NCBI RefSeq assembly: GCF_009834535.1
Contig: NC_045696.1
Span: 110,238,001 to 110,302,000, forward strand
Direction of reading: 5' to 3'
DNA: 64,000 nt
Source of the DNA: Camelus ferus
Lineage: Eukaryota
Part shown: one piece after another, positions 36,825-49,054 of the stretch
Layout of the letters: every line of letters begins with the position of its first letter
How positions within the stretch are numbered: position 1 is the first letter of the stretch
Notes under the pieces: generated by a model
What the model was told of the DNA's origin: nothing
Database searches by the model: none
What the model saw: only the letters and a program-made list of their open reading frames with translations
Program-made: the position numbers and the translations under genes

Positions 36825-37929
36825 CAGGTAGACCTCAGACATATTGTGGATTCGGTTCTAGACACTACAGTAGAGCAAATATAACAATAAAGCAAGTGAC
36901 ATGAATTTCTTGGTTTCCCAGTGCATATGAAAGTTATGTTTACACTATACTGTAGCCTAAATGTGTAATAACATTATGACTTAAACAACAATGTACATAC
37001 CTCAATTTTAAAATGCTTTGTTAGTCCACAAATGATAAATGCTGGAAAGGGTGTGGAGAAAAGGGAACCCTCCTACACTGTTGGTGGGAATGCAGTTTGG
37101 TGCAGCCATTATGGAAAACAGTATGGAGATTCCTCAAAAAAACTAAAAATAGACTTACCATATGATCCAGCAATCCCACTCCTAGGCATATACCCAGAAG
37201 GAATTTTAATTCAAAAAAACACATACACCACAATGTTCATAACAGCACTATTTACAATAGCCAAGAAGTGGAAACAACCTAAATGTCCATCAACAGATGA
37301 CTGGATAAAGAAGATGTGGTGTATATATGTACAATGGAATACTACTCAGCCATAAAAAATAATAAATAATGCCATTTGCAGCAATATGGATGGACCTAGA
37401 GATTGTCATTCTAAGTGAAGTTAAGCCATAAGGAGAAAGAAAAATACCATATATCACTTATATGTGGGACCTAAAAAAAAAGACAAATGAACTTATTTAT
37501 GAAATAGAAACAGACTCCCAGACATAGAAAACAAACTTATAGTTACTAGAGGAGAAAGGGGGTGGGACAGGATAAATTGGGAGTTTGAGATTTGCAGATA
37601 CTAACTATATATATATAAAATAAACAAGCTTCTACTGTATAGCACAAGGAACTATATTCAATATCTTGCAGTAACCTATAATGAAAAAGAATATGAAAAC
37701 AAATATGTGTATGTATATGTATGACTGAACTATTATGCTGTACACCAGAAATTAACACATTGTAAACTGACTATAGTTCAATAAAAAAATAAATAAATAC
37801 ATAAATAAAAATTAAAATGTTTTATTGCTAAAATATGCTAACCATCATCTGACAACATAGGGTTGCCACAAACTTTTAATTAATAAAAAACGCAATATCT
37901 GTGAAGCACAATAAAATGAGATATGCCTG
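36825..37929 (-). mobile_element. Short internally deleted Tigger1 derivative, split by L1
   Basis: Inverted ends caggtagacctc / gagatatgcctg followed by TA. Body is the reverse complement of 18840-19020. Confidence 0.9.
37023..37812 (+). mobile_element. 5'-truncated L1, camelid-type
   Basis: ORF 37032-37355 is the L1 ORF2 C-terminus ([15 protein letters not shown]...KWKQPKCPSTDDWIKKMW). TSD taaaatgctttgtt (37009-37022) / taaaatgttttatt (37813-37826). Confidence 0.96.
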
Positions 37930-38435
37930 TAATCTGGGACATCCCTACATGTCTGGAGATTGATGCTGACGGTCCGCTGATGTTGACTGGGGTGAGTACT
38001 TGGGGCCTCCCCTTGTGGCCAGGGCTTCCTTCCTGCATAGCAGCCTCAGGATAGTCAGGCTAATTCCATGGTGGCTCAGGGGTCTACAGCAAATGTCCCA
38101 GCAGAGTAAGAGGAAACTTTCATGTCTTTGCCTCAGAAGTCATGCGGTGCTGCTTCTGTATTCTGTTGGTTACAATTGAGTCACTGAGTCATAAGCTGAC
38201 CCATATTCAAGGGGAGAGGACACGGACCTCAGCTGAATGAGTGCCAATATGATCAGCTGTCCAAAAGCCTGTGGGTGAGAAGGACTGTTGCATATGTTTT
38301 GAGAAAACACACTCTGCCACAGCTGTTAATTTCATTCTCCATATTTTCCAGATGAGGATGCTGGGATCTAGAGAACTTGGGAAGTGGCTTGCGAAAGTTC
38401 TTCAGTTACTTCTTAGAATTTTCAGAGGCCCCAGC

Positions 38436-38891
38436 TGTATTATTCTGCTAGGGCCACTGTAACAAACTTCCACAACTTGAGTGGCTTTAAGCAACAGAAA
38501 TTTATTCTCTCACATGCCTGGAAGCTAGAGAAGCTGAAATCAACATTTCGCTTTGTTTTGTTTCGGTAGGGCCATGCTCTCTCTGACTGCTCTAGAGAAT
38601 TCTTCCTGGCCTCTCCCAGCTTCTGGTGGTGCTCAGCAATCCTTGGAGCTCCTTGGCTTGTAGATCCTTCACTCCCATCTCATCATCACCTGGCATCCTC
38701 CCTGTGTATCTGCACAACATCTTCTCTCTGTGCATGTCTATCCCTGTGTCCAAATTCCCCCTTTTCATAAGGACACTGATGATGTCACCTGATTACCTTT
38801 GTAAAGACTCCATCTCCAAATAAGTCACTTTAGGAGGATTCAGGACTTCAGCATGTAGGTTTTGAGAGGGAACAGAATTCAACCAATAACA
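38436..38891 (-). mobile_element. MaLR solo LTR (MLT1B/C-like)
   Basis: tgtatt...caacagaaatttattctctcac...cttggcttgtagat...tccaaataagtcac...attcaaccaataaca. Confidence 0.9.
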
Positions 38892-39619
38892 TCATCCTTT
38901 GTGAAACTTCTGTGAGAAGGAGAATGTAGAGATTTATCCTGAGAAGGCTGAAAAGTACAAGCAGCAGCTGTGCTGAGGGGGTTTCTCTGCCAGGTACGCC
39001 TGGGCCAAGGCTCTGAAGGTGTTCCAAGTGAAAAAGGGCCTGAGATTGTCGGAACACACTGGCTTTATGTCACTGAAATATTGATGCCATAAATGGGGGG
39101 CAGTGATTCCAAAGAGACCAGAAGCTGGAGCCCATTCCCCCTCTCCCACATCTGAAGGGTGATGAAGACACTGCAGAAGCAGTCGGGTCCCCTGCTGTCC
39201 ACACAGTCCACTGACAAGCCGAGGTGGCTGGGAGAGGTGATGAATTCAAGAGAAGATGTTCTTTCACTCCTGGGTTTGAATTGTGAAAGGGAGCATTCCC
39301 TTCCACCAAAACAGTGATGTGAAGTCAATGATTCAGGCAGAGATAATAGGGCTTCTAGCAAAGCTAGAAGCAGCCCTGGGTTGGAAGGAAACTGTGTTCT
39401 ACCTTCTGCCAGTGTCCTTTCCTCCAGATTTAGGGGAATACAAAGCATTTTACATTATTCACCAACGACAACGTTAGAAGAAACAAGGGTTGCTACTACA
39501 CGTTGAGGGGCAGCCTATCTAGACCACCTGTAGCTTTGCTACAGTTTTTTGCTCACATCCCTACCAATCTCATTATCGTTTTCTTCCACAGTGTCTTCAG
39601 GTATAGATTTTACTCCTTA

Positions 39620-40003
39620 AAACTGCATCCTCAGGCTTCCAGAGCCCACTCTTCCAGCCATGGTGGGAGCTGGAAGTGCTTGGGAATCTACATCCCCCCT
39701 CACTCCACAGCCTTCAGCTATTGAGGCACATGTGTGGGAGTAAAGCTGAAGGGGTTAAATTCCCCTACTTCCTCCTTCCTCATCTGTGTCATTATCTACA
39801 TTCCCTGTAAAGAAACTCTCTGGGATTGAGCTGAAGTTAATCCCTGCAAGACGTGATTTGACACCCACACTTGCTTGGCCTCCTTTCCCTACCTGGATCA
39901 ATGTCCCACTTCTATACTGATTTTTACTAATAACATTTCCTAGTGAATAATTTCCCCACGTGTTCTAATTTCAAGGCTCATTTCAGGAGCCCAGTCTAAG
40001 ATA
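39620..40003 (+). mobile_element. ERVL LTR (LTR16-like)
   Basis: gaagtgcttgggaatctacatcccc...tgggattgagct...tcaaggctcatttcaggagcccagtctaagata. Confidence 0.6.
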
Positions 40004-40344
40004 CCGTTTTATCTAATCTTCACAACCACTCCCACAAGGCAAGGAGGCGCATCCTCTTCCCACGAACATGGGAACTCTGGTTTGGAGTGTACTTGCCCCC
40101 AGTCACATCATAATTAGTATCTGTCTCAACTTTGAAGACAGTCTCCTCTCTGCTATATTATATTGCTTCAAAGACACAACTCCTCTTCTTTCTTTTTCCA
40201 TCTCTTAATTGCCTGGGTTTTCCTGAATTCCTTCACTTGGTTTTCCTATTATTTTCTCTTGCTGGTTTGGCCAAATCTAGGTTTTCACCTGAGCAGCCCA
40301 CAAGGCAGAGACAGTCTTCTCCTTGTTCCCTTCTCATAAGACAA

Positions 40345-40806
40345 CGTAGTGGATTAAAAATAGGCCTAAATTATTTGGCACTCCTTCCATTGAAGGCTGG
40401 AGTCTATCTACCCTCCTTTTGAATCTGGGCTGACTGATGACAGTGTGACAAATAGACTACGGCCAATGTGATCTGGACCTAGATTTTAAAAGGATGGGCA
40501 GCTTTTGCCTTGGTCTTCTTGGAGTCCTGAACTGCCATATAAGAGGTTCCATTACCCTGAGGATGCCAGGCTGTGCGGAAGCTAACCACCGGGAGAGGTC
40601 ACGAGGAGAAAGAAGCATCCACCTCGCCTTTGGAGCAATCCCAGCTGAGGCTTCTGACATCAAGGAGTAGAGCTGAGCCACGCCTGCTATACTTTGTCTG
40701 GATTCATGACCTACATAATTCATAGTCAGAAAAAAAAAAAAAAAAAGGTTTCTATACCACGAAGTTTTGGGGTATTTTTGTCATCCATTAGCAGATAACT
40801 AGAACA
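40345..40806 (+). mobile_element. MaLR solo LTR (MLT1H-like)
   Basis: cactccttccattgaaggctggagtcta...tgaatctgggctg...gcagataactagaaca. Confidence 0.8.
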
Positions 40807-41449
40807 CCCAGACACATCAAATGGTGCAGAAAGCATCTACATTAGCATACAGCATCTGGTCTACCACCTCTCCACCGTCTCCCATGCCATTCCACCTGCA
40901 CTTCCAACTTCCTCACCCTGGTCTTGGAGCTGGAAACAGATGAACTTTTCTTTGAACATCACCCAATTACAACCACATTTTGCTTCTAACTTGACACCTG
41001 ATCCAAGGCAGGGAGGAACTGTTATTTGGGAGCAACCAGTCTTGGGTAAACTAAACGGTTTGGGGACCAGTCTTCTCCCAGTATCACTAAACTTCTGTCT
41101 TTTTACTTCTTGGTTACTTTATAAATTATTTCAGCCACGCTGGAGCCCCAACACTTTGGGCATAATGAGATAGCATGTTTTCATTTGTAGAAAAAGCATT
41201 GCTTAACCATTTGGTTCTGTTTTAACTTTACCACTTTGCCACCTTGGGTAAGTCTCCACCTCTCTAAGTTTCATCGTTTCATTTTCTTGCTTCTGAAATG
41301 AGACGGCTGTCTTGTGAAGCATTTTTGTCCTCCCTACGAGGATCATTTGTTCCTGTGTTGGGGTTTCTCTGACACTTTGTATGTACTTGTTTTATAAGTC
41401 ATATCACATATAGTACACACATATTTTATTTGCCTTATACGGAACGGGT

Positions 41450-41660
41450 GGCATGGCAGGAAGCGCTCTGTAGGTTGAGAGCTTCAGAGTCAAACCTGGG
41501 TTTGCCATTTTCCGGCAGTATGACCCTGAACAAAGTATTTCACTTACCTGCGAAATAAAGATTGTGAGACCTACTTCTTACAGTTGTATCAGGGATCAAG
41601 ATAAACAATGAAACAGTGAGTAGGTAAGTAAGCATTCAAACATTGCTGCTACCATTATCA
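41450..41660 (+). mobile_element. MIR SINE; further degraded MIRs near 31800-31930, 42540-42700, 50200-50395, 58065-58170 and 60750-60970
   Basis: agagtcaaacctgggtttgcca...tatgaccctgaacaaag...cctacttcttacagttg...gtaagcattcaaacattgctgctaccatta. Confidence 0.7.
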
Positions 41661-43007
41661 TGAAAGTTTTTCCTTTATAAGCAATTCATGATGTTATTTA
41701 CTTCTACATACATTTTAATTGGTCTGAAACAAAAATTATGACTCTAAAAACAGACGGTTTAAAGCATGCTATCAATTACAGAGTCCAGAGACAAAGGGAA
41801 AGCTTGCTTTTCCCTGAGTTCCTTCAAAGTAAACATTTGCCATGTCAGAGGCAAAAGCACACGCCGCATACACGCCTGTCCCCACCGACTCTCGGCCTGC
41901 CAAAGAAAGACAAATGCATTTCATGTAAACCCAGCAGGGCTTCCAGCTTTTGTCTGAGGTCATTTTACCTGACCTCAAAAGCCTCTGAAAAGAGAAGAGC
42001 AAAAGAAAAGGAAGTCTCAGCCATTTCCACAGTCCACTCAATAAGCCAGGACAGTATTACGCCACTTGCATGGTAGGAACCCTATGTGTGTCAGTCAGCC
42101 AAAAAGCGGTCCTATGCCGTCACCAAGAGACAGAGGCGCCTGGACAGGGTGGGCTCTGAGGATGCTGACCAGCCCGACTGGCCTCGGCACTTCAGCCTTA
42201 TTTTAGCTTTGAATGTGCTCAGCACGTACACCTCTGAGCCTGACATCCACACTGCTGATGTCACTGCCACTCACTTTCTCCAGCGTTGGGGCTGGGGGTG
42301 GGGCATCAGGGCCCAAGCGTCCCTCACGTCTAATTCTCATCTCTCAGGATAATACCGAGACAGCACCCAATCAGTGTGTATTGGCTTAATGAATAATTAA
42401 GTGAATGAATGTGTAAATTATATCAGCTGAGTTTTGTTTGTTCCACCCCTTACATTGACCTCCACCGGTCACATTGTTACCTGGCACTTCTTAAATTTGG
42501 GCTTAGAGTAGGCAGAAAATATAATTTACAAAGCCTACCATCTACACATTGCACATTCGGTCAGTTCATTCTCCCAGTAACTCTATGTTATGATGAAAAA
42601 GAGAAGTTCACAAAAATTAAGTAATTCTCCTAAGCATCCACAGATAATAGGTGGCAATTTCAAGATTCAAATTCTAATCTTCTGACTTAAAAGTTCATGA
42701 TCTCACTATAATTCCATGATATTTCTCAGAATTAGAGGGAGGTGCTTGATGTTATAGAAGAAAAAAAAAAGTGGAGTATCTGACCCTTGAGTTAAATGGT
42801 CTTTCTGCAGAATGGCATCCAAACCACTTTTGATTGATGGGGGCTCTATTCCTGTTACAGATATTCTGGAATGGGGACAACCATTTACTCCACAAGACGT
42901 GATAGAGCAGCCTCGATCTGAGAGACACATTAGTCCCCAGCAAAGCTCTCAAGGAACTGCCCAGGGAATCTCCCTTGACCTCTGTTTAAGGGACTTATTA
43001 AAAATGA

Positions 43008-43381
43008 ATCAAGAAAAAAATCCCATATGACATCACCCATATGTGAAATTTTTTAAAAAGAAAAGGAGAAAGAAGACACATCTACAGAACAGAAATGGAC
43101 TCGCAGACATAGTAAACAATCTTATGGTTACCGGGGGAAAGGAGGTGGGAAGGAATAAATTTGGGAGTTTGAGATTTGTGAAGATTAATCACTATATATA
43201 AAAATAGATTAAAAAACAAATTTCTTCTGTATAGCACAGGGAACTATATTCAATATCTTGTAATAACCTTTAACAAAAAATATGAAAACAAATATATGTG
43301 TATATATGCATGACTGGGACATTATGCCGTACGCCAGAAATTGACACATTGTAATGGACTATACTTCAATTTAAAAAAAAA
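43008..43381 (+). mobile_element. L1 3' end, camelid-type
   Basis: cttatggttaccggggg...gggagtttgagatttg...atagcacagggaactatattcaatatcttg...tatacttcaatttaaaa. Confidence 0.93.
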
Positions 43382-44200
43382 GGAAACTGTGTAACACTTT
43401 TTTTTTTTTTTTTTTTTTGCAGTGGCAGCATCAAAAAAGCAGAGTACAAAACGAACTGGATTTCATTTTCGGCTTTTAATTCACATCAGAGGAATGTGCA
43501 CAGACACAGAGATGGCTATCACATGTGGAGGAATAGTCAGAAGGCTGAAATTCCTAAAAATAGTGTCGGATGTTGGTGACGGTGACGCACGCCTCTGTAA
43601 AGCCCTGGATTGCTGACCCACATGTGCCTCTGTGTCATTTCTCCTCAGCATCCTCCTCAGACAGGCCCAAGCTTTTGTAGACTGTAATCCGGCAGATTGC
43701 TGGCTGGAAGTTTTAAGGTTCCTTAGTTGAAAGATGCTTAACGTAAGTCTGCAAAGAACCGCACTTGAATGTCAGCAACTGTTACCGGCCCCAAATCATT
43801 TCCCTTCTTACCTAAGAAGGTTAAAAAATGTCTCAAGAAATATACGCTGGAGTTAGGAGCTCCATTCTGAGTCCATTTTCCCCCAACAGACCTTACTTTT
43901 TGGAAACAAGACATAAATACGTGAAGCTTCTGGTTTTAAAGAAAATTGTACCAGAGTGAATAAGGACTCAAGAATCCCATTTTTATCTGGCTTTGGGAAT
44001 GTCACTGCCTCTCGGCTTCCATCTCTCATGCCTAGGTTCCTACCCCACCCACCTCACACCTAGGGGGAGACTTAATTTTTATCTAGCTGTACTTGGGATT
44101 CTCAGAGAGAATATAAAAGGACAGTGTGTTTCTTAGACATCAATGTGTACCCCCTTTTTCAAATGATTAGACAGAGACTTTAAAAACTAAGAGACAAGAG

Positions 44201-44335
44201 GGGGATGGTATAGAGCTCAAGCGGTAGAGCACATATTTAGGATGCACGAGGTCCTGGGTTCAATCCCCAGTACCTCCTCTAAAATTAAATAAATAACCCT
44301 AATTACTTCCCCCCACCAGAAAAAAAAAAAAAAAA
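44201..44335 (+). mobile_element. tRNA-derived SINE (camelid Vic-1-type), full length
   Basis: A-box-like agctcaagcgg, B box ggttcaatcc, poly-A. Perfect 14-bp TSD ctaagagacaagag (44187-44200 / 44337-44350) next to a TT/AAAA site. Confidence 0.95.
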
Positions 44336-45789
44336 GCTAAGAGACAAGAGAATGGAGGTATCACATAAACCTTCCAGCCCAGTCTCACTCATCCCTAAGA
44401 GTTTCAGACTACTCGTGGTTATGCACAAATTCTGTTTCAAATTGGACACCACGTTCTCGCTTGAAATAATTCTCAAGGTTCCTGGTGTAATACATTTCAC
44501 CTCAACTCCCAATTTCCCAAGCCGTAGAAAGGAACAGTGATAAAAGAAAGAGATGGGACATCTGATATTCACTGACGTGAATGCGACGAGCCTCCTCTTA
44601 TATTTTTGGTGCAAAGATTTGCAGGTTTTACAGGTAGACTTTTGCCTTGTCCTCCGCAACCTTTCATCCTTGGGATGAAGGAACGTTGCGTGTGTCGATC
44701 CAGCTCTTTGCTAGAATCAGGAATCACTCAGAGTGAAGGAGGAGGATAACAGGCCCCAGCCCCTGGCCTCAGCACCTGTGATGAGCTGATGTGGTATTTC
44801 TCAGGTGTTCAGGAGCAAGGAGCCGAGATGTACGGAGACAGCTTCCCATGCGGGATCCACGCTGATGATGGTGGAAAGCACAGTCGACTTGTAGAGCAAA
44901 GGAGATCTGAGTTCTGATCCTGGTTTTTTCCCCAAACTTGCTAAATAATCTAAGGTAAGTGATTTAAAGTGTTTTGGCTTTCACAAGGGTAAAATGAGGA
45001 ACTGGCTAAAATAAGCACTGTGTTATCTCCAGCAGTATGGCTAGAATAATAGGTGGGAGGTAGATTGTGAAGGAAATTTTGCTGAGAGAGAGAGATGTCA
45101 CCCTGTCCCATCGGCATAAGCAAACCCTCACTCTGGCTGTCATGGTCCTGACTTACCAGGGACTTGACCCGCCTTTTGCCTTGGAGGATATGTACTCACG
45201 ATACAGCCTGCAAACCACGTGGTTAGAGCTCGCTTGCCTTGACGCCACCTCAATGGAGTTATGTTATAATTTAAGACCCAGTCTAGAGATTTTGCAATCC
45301 AGAGACAATGATGAAGTAACCTAGGCTGCTAGCAGCTTTTCCCAGACCTAGGCCTGGAAGACATGTTATTACAGTAACAAGAGTTATTGCAATGAAAACA
45401 GTATGGTGATGAACAAAAACCAGGCAAATGGCTCACCAGAAGAACAGAGGGAGAGGCCTTGTGTATTTGGGAACTTGATATGCATTGGCATCTCAATTTT
45501 TAAATAAATTTTTAAATGATAACTTATCTCTATTACTTAGATAGATGGTGCTGGGAAGACTCAGTTCACCATGTAGAGAAAACTGATGTTGGATTCATAC
45601 TTCACACCATAGAAAAAGAAAATTTAGCAATACAGAAATGCCAAAACAAAGATCTAGAGTCAAAGGTAAAAATGCGCAGCTAAATTAAATTGAAGATGAA
45701 GATAATGGAAGAAGGAGGGGATGATTTAGTTAACATGAACCCAAATTTTCAAATGATCAGGATCTCTGCTTCTCATTTCACAACAAAAT

Positions 45790-46200
45790 TGTGCCAAATT
45801 GGGCAGAGACGTCTCTATATTCCTCAAAGCCTGTTGTCTTTCCCTCCTGTTACCACATCTTAAATTCCCAGATTCTTTTGCAGTTGGCTGTGTCCATGGA
45901 CAGACTCCTGACTAGTGGAATGTGGGCAGAAGTGATATACACTACCTCCAGGATTGGCCCATACAACCTTTCCATACACATGCTGCCATGTTCTTCCATC
46001 CAGGTCACTGGCGAGATCTCTACTGACCTAAACGGGAGCATAGACTCAAGATGGGAGAAGCCTGGGTCCTTGCAGGTCCTTGCATAAGGTGGCTCAGATA
46101 ACACCTGCATTGGACTATGATGAGAGAAATAAACTGTGTGTCGAACCACTGAGACTTGAGAGATTATCTGTCACCACAGTTAGTTTTATCTTAACTAATA
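45790..46200 (+). mobile_element. MaLR solo LTR (MLT1J-like)
   Basis: tggaatgtgggcagaagtgat...gagaagcctgggtcc...gagaaataaact...cttaactaata. Confidence 0.82.
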
Positions 46201-46377
46201 AAAATGACTTCACCATGGATTAAATTATAAAATTATAAATGCTCTAGAACACAATTTACAATAATGATTTTATGATGGAGAAGTGGAAAAGAAGTTTCTA
46301 AGCATGAAAGAAAAGCTAAAACCATACATTAATGCTTAATAGATTTCATTACATAAAATCCTTTTAAACCAATCACT

Positions 46378-46865
46378 ATTTATTTATTTAGTTGTAGTAA
46401 GTATACTTACCATGAGGTCTACCCTCTTGACAAACGCTTAAGTGTACAGTACAGTATTGTTATTTTTAGGCACAAATTTTATACCCATGGAACAAACTTT
46501 CCATTTTCCCCCTCCCCCATCCTTTGGCAACCAACTTCCTACTCTCTGTTTCTACGAGTTTGATTATTTCAGGTGCCTCACAGAAGTGGAGTCATGCAGT
46601 ATTTGTTCTTCTGTGATTGGCTTGTTTCACTTAGCATAGTGTTCTCCACATTTATTCCTGTGGTCACATATCACAGAATTTTCTTCTTCTTTTAGGCTGA
46701 ATAATAAAATTTATTATATACGTACATCACATTTTGTTTATCTATTCTGTATATTCCACATTTGATTTATCCATTCATTGGTTGATAGACATTTAGGTTG
46801 TTTCCGTATCTTGGCTATTGTGAATAATGATGCAATGAACAAGGGAGTGTCGGTATCTCTTCAGG
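46378..46865 (-). mobile_element. L1 (L1MA-like) 3' fragment inserted at the 3' end of the CTAGE5 retrocopy
   Basis: gtggagtcatgcagtatttgttcttctgtgattggcttgtttcacttagcata. TSD accaatcact at 46368-46377 and 46866-46875. Confidence 0.92.
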
Positions 46866-48300
46866 ACCAATCACTGACTATTATTTATTTAGATAAAAAT
46901 AAAGATTTACGTTTGCTTTATAACTATAATCAATATACCTCTGAGCAAACAAAAAATTATATTTGTAGTTTAAAACAACTCCTGTATCTGAGCTGCACAT
47001 GTATTATTATTGTTAAGGTTATAATTAAAAGTTAAAATTAAAGTACCACTCTTTACACTAGCTGAAGGATAAAATAAGTAGAAATACTGCTCATAAGTTG
47101 GTATTAAATATTATCTTCAAAACAGTGAGACTCACAGTCCCATCAAACTTCAGTTTGAGAAAATGTATAGTTTCTTAAGTAGCTGCAGTTTCATAAACCA
47201 ATAATGAAAGATAAATAATTCCAAATAATTTCTTTAAAAGAGACAAAAGGGGTACCCAAGACTCTCAGCATGGTTCTGAAAGTTATCAACATGGTTCTGA
47301 ATATTTGGTTTGCTGGAGGTTGAATTAATCCACAACAAATCTATTTTCAGGATGTGAAGGTGATGGGGGTTGGGGACGGTCTAGAGGAGGAAGGGAGAAA
47401 GGGAAAAAGGAGAAAAGGTCCTTTTTGCAGAAATTGTCCCCTTGGACCCACTGGCAATAATGAATTCAGGTTGGAGGAAGAGATAGGGGAACATAGTCCA
47501 GTAGCAAAGGTGAGACCCGAGAGGAGGGGAGACAAAAGCTTTGTTTTCAACACGAAGGACCACCTGCTGGAAAGGGATCATATGGGGCTTGGCTCTTGGC
47601 CTCATTCTGTTGGAAAAGCTGCTTATGATGCAATGATTCAATTCATCTCTTGAATGGATCATTCTTATAATTTCAGCCACCAACTTCTCTTGTTCTGTGC
47701 ATTTAGAGCTTTCTTCATTCAAGTCTTATTCTCAGGAAGTTATTTTATTCTTAAGCTTTTCAGTTTCCTCCAGGATCCAGATTTCTGATGACTCTTTCTC
47801 TAGGCAAATGTTCTTCAAAGGTGTCTCCAATTTTTCATATTCCTTTTGAACAGAGCTAAGCTGTCAAGGAGTTCACATATTTTCTAAATCACTGTTAGCA
47901 TGCTCTGGGGCATTTTTTCCTTTTTTTAAAAAAAGCTGGCTTTTATTTGACCTAAATATTCTGAGCAATATATGAGACCTATGAAAAATGTGACTCTAGC
48001 CCCCATAAGAAGCTGTACAAGTCAAAGTCCAGGTCACTGCCTTGCACAGTGTTTTGAGGATTAGCTGGGAGGAAGGCTTCAAGGAGATTCACAGCCCCTC
48101 GTGGCACCAACATCACCCCCACCCCCACAAAATCCACCTTCAGCAACGACTGTACCAGAGCGATAACCCCAGTGCATACTCCATAGTGTTGCACTTGGAA
48201 CCCAAACCCCGACCTGGTCACTGAGACAGACTGTCAGCAGAGCTGCTAGAGAGGACGAGTGTGGCGAAGACCCTCCACATGCTCCACAGCTGTCCGATGC
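46866..48300 (-). pseudogene. CTAGE5: Processed pseudogene of CTAGE5 (the cTAGE5 part of MIA2), with stops, frameshifts and large internal deletions
   Basis: Minus-strand peptides collinear with recalled human cTAGE5: DFDLYSFLWGL~DSNLYGFPWEL, VQKEYEKLET~VQKEYE, LKNICLEKESSE~LKDASFEKEATE, NEESSKCTEQEKLVAEIIRMIHS~KEEKSKHSEQDELMADISKRIQS, ENKAFVSPP~ETRAFLSPP, LLPVGPRGQFLQKGP~LFPVDARGPFLRRGP. No introns. 3'UTR-like tail with AATAAA at 46884-46889. Confidence 0.88.
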
Positions 48301-48324
48301 TCCCTCTACTCACTCTGTTTTGTA

Positions 48325-48660
48325 ACCTTTTAATTAGGAGAAAATTCAGATAAAGAAAAGTAGAAATATTGTACAATGAACATCTATTTATCCACCACTT
48401 GGATTCAACACAGACTATTTGCCCTACCCACCTCTCTCTCATTCTTTAATTTTTTTTAATTGAAGTATAGTCAATTTACAATGTTGTGTCAATTTCTGGT
48501 GTACAGCATAATAGTTTAGCCTAACATAATAACATATATATTCATTCTCATACTCTTTTTCATTATAGGTCATTCTTTAATTTTTTATGTGAACCACTTG
48601 AAAATAAACCTGACACTTTAGCATACATTTCCAAAAAACAAGGTCATTCTGCTACATAAC
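48325..48660 (-). mobile_element. Old L1 3' fragment containing a ~115-bp camelid L1 3' end at 48456-48569
   Basis: The young insert has a perfect 17-bp TSD tcattctttaatttttt (48439-48455 / 48570-48586). Confidence 0.85.
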
Positions 48661-49054
48661 TGTCTACCCTCCTGGTACTATTGATTTTCCCACTTTACAG
48701 GTGGGGAAACTAATTGATACCTGAACATCTCTTTCAGGAAGATAAGGAACTAGAACTTTGTGTATTAACTGTTCAGGTCTGTATTGATGAGTGGTACTAA
48801 GATATGGGTGAGGATCTTCTCAAGTGGCAGCTCTAAGGAAGCTCACTGAACAGAGGGGGCTTACATAAAAATTTCAAATTACTCTAAGAGGGAAAAATTC
48901 TCTGTAAACAAAGTGAAAAGACAAGTGACAAACTGAAAAAACATACAGTTTGTCTAGTACAGATCAAAGGTTAATATCCTGAATATATAAAGAGTTCTTC
49001 CAAATCAATAAAAAGTTGAGCACCTCATTTTTAAATAGAAAAGAGAATTTTAGT

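Larger units (their letters stand above)
36632..38321 (-). mobile_element. MaLR LTR (MLT1F/H-like) hosting a Tigger1 derivative and an L1
   Basis: Left part gggttctatgtgtcaggaattt. Right part gcctcagaagtcatg...attctgttggtt...attcaagggga...ctctgccaca. Confidence 0.75.

Noticed and set aside
37032..37355. Protein-like ORF; similar ones at 1546-1764, 35363-35548 and the end of 6177-6593
   Set aside because: These are L1 ORF2 C-terminal remnants in truncated elements, not host genes.
44201..44277. tRNA-like sequence as a real tRNA gene (also 11592-11652)
   Set aside because: Degenerate stems, an A-rich tail and TSDs identify both as SINEs.
47354..47653. Plus-strand 99-aa ORF
   Set aside because: It is the antisense shadow of the CTAGE5 pseudogene.
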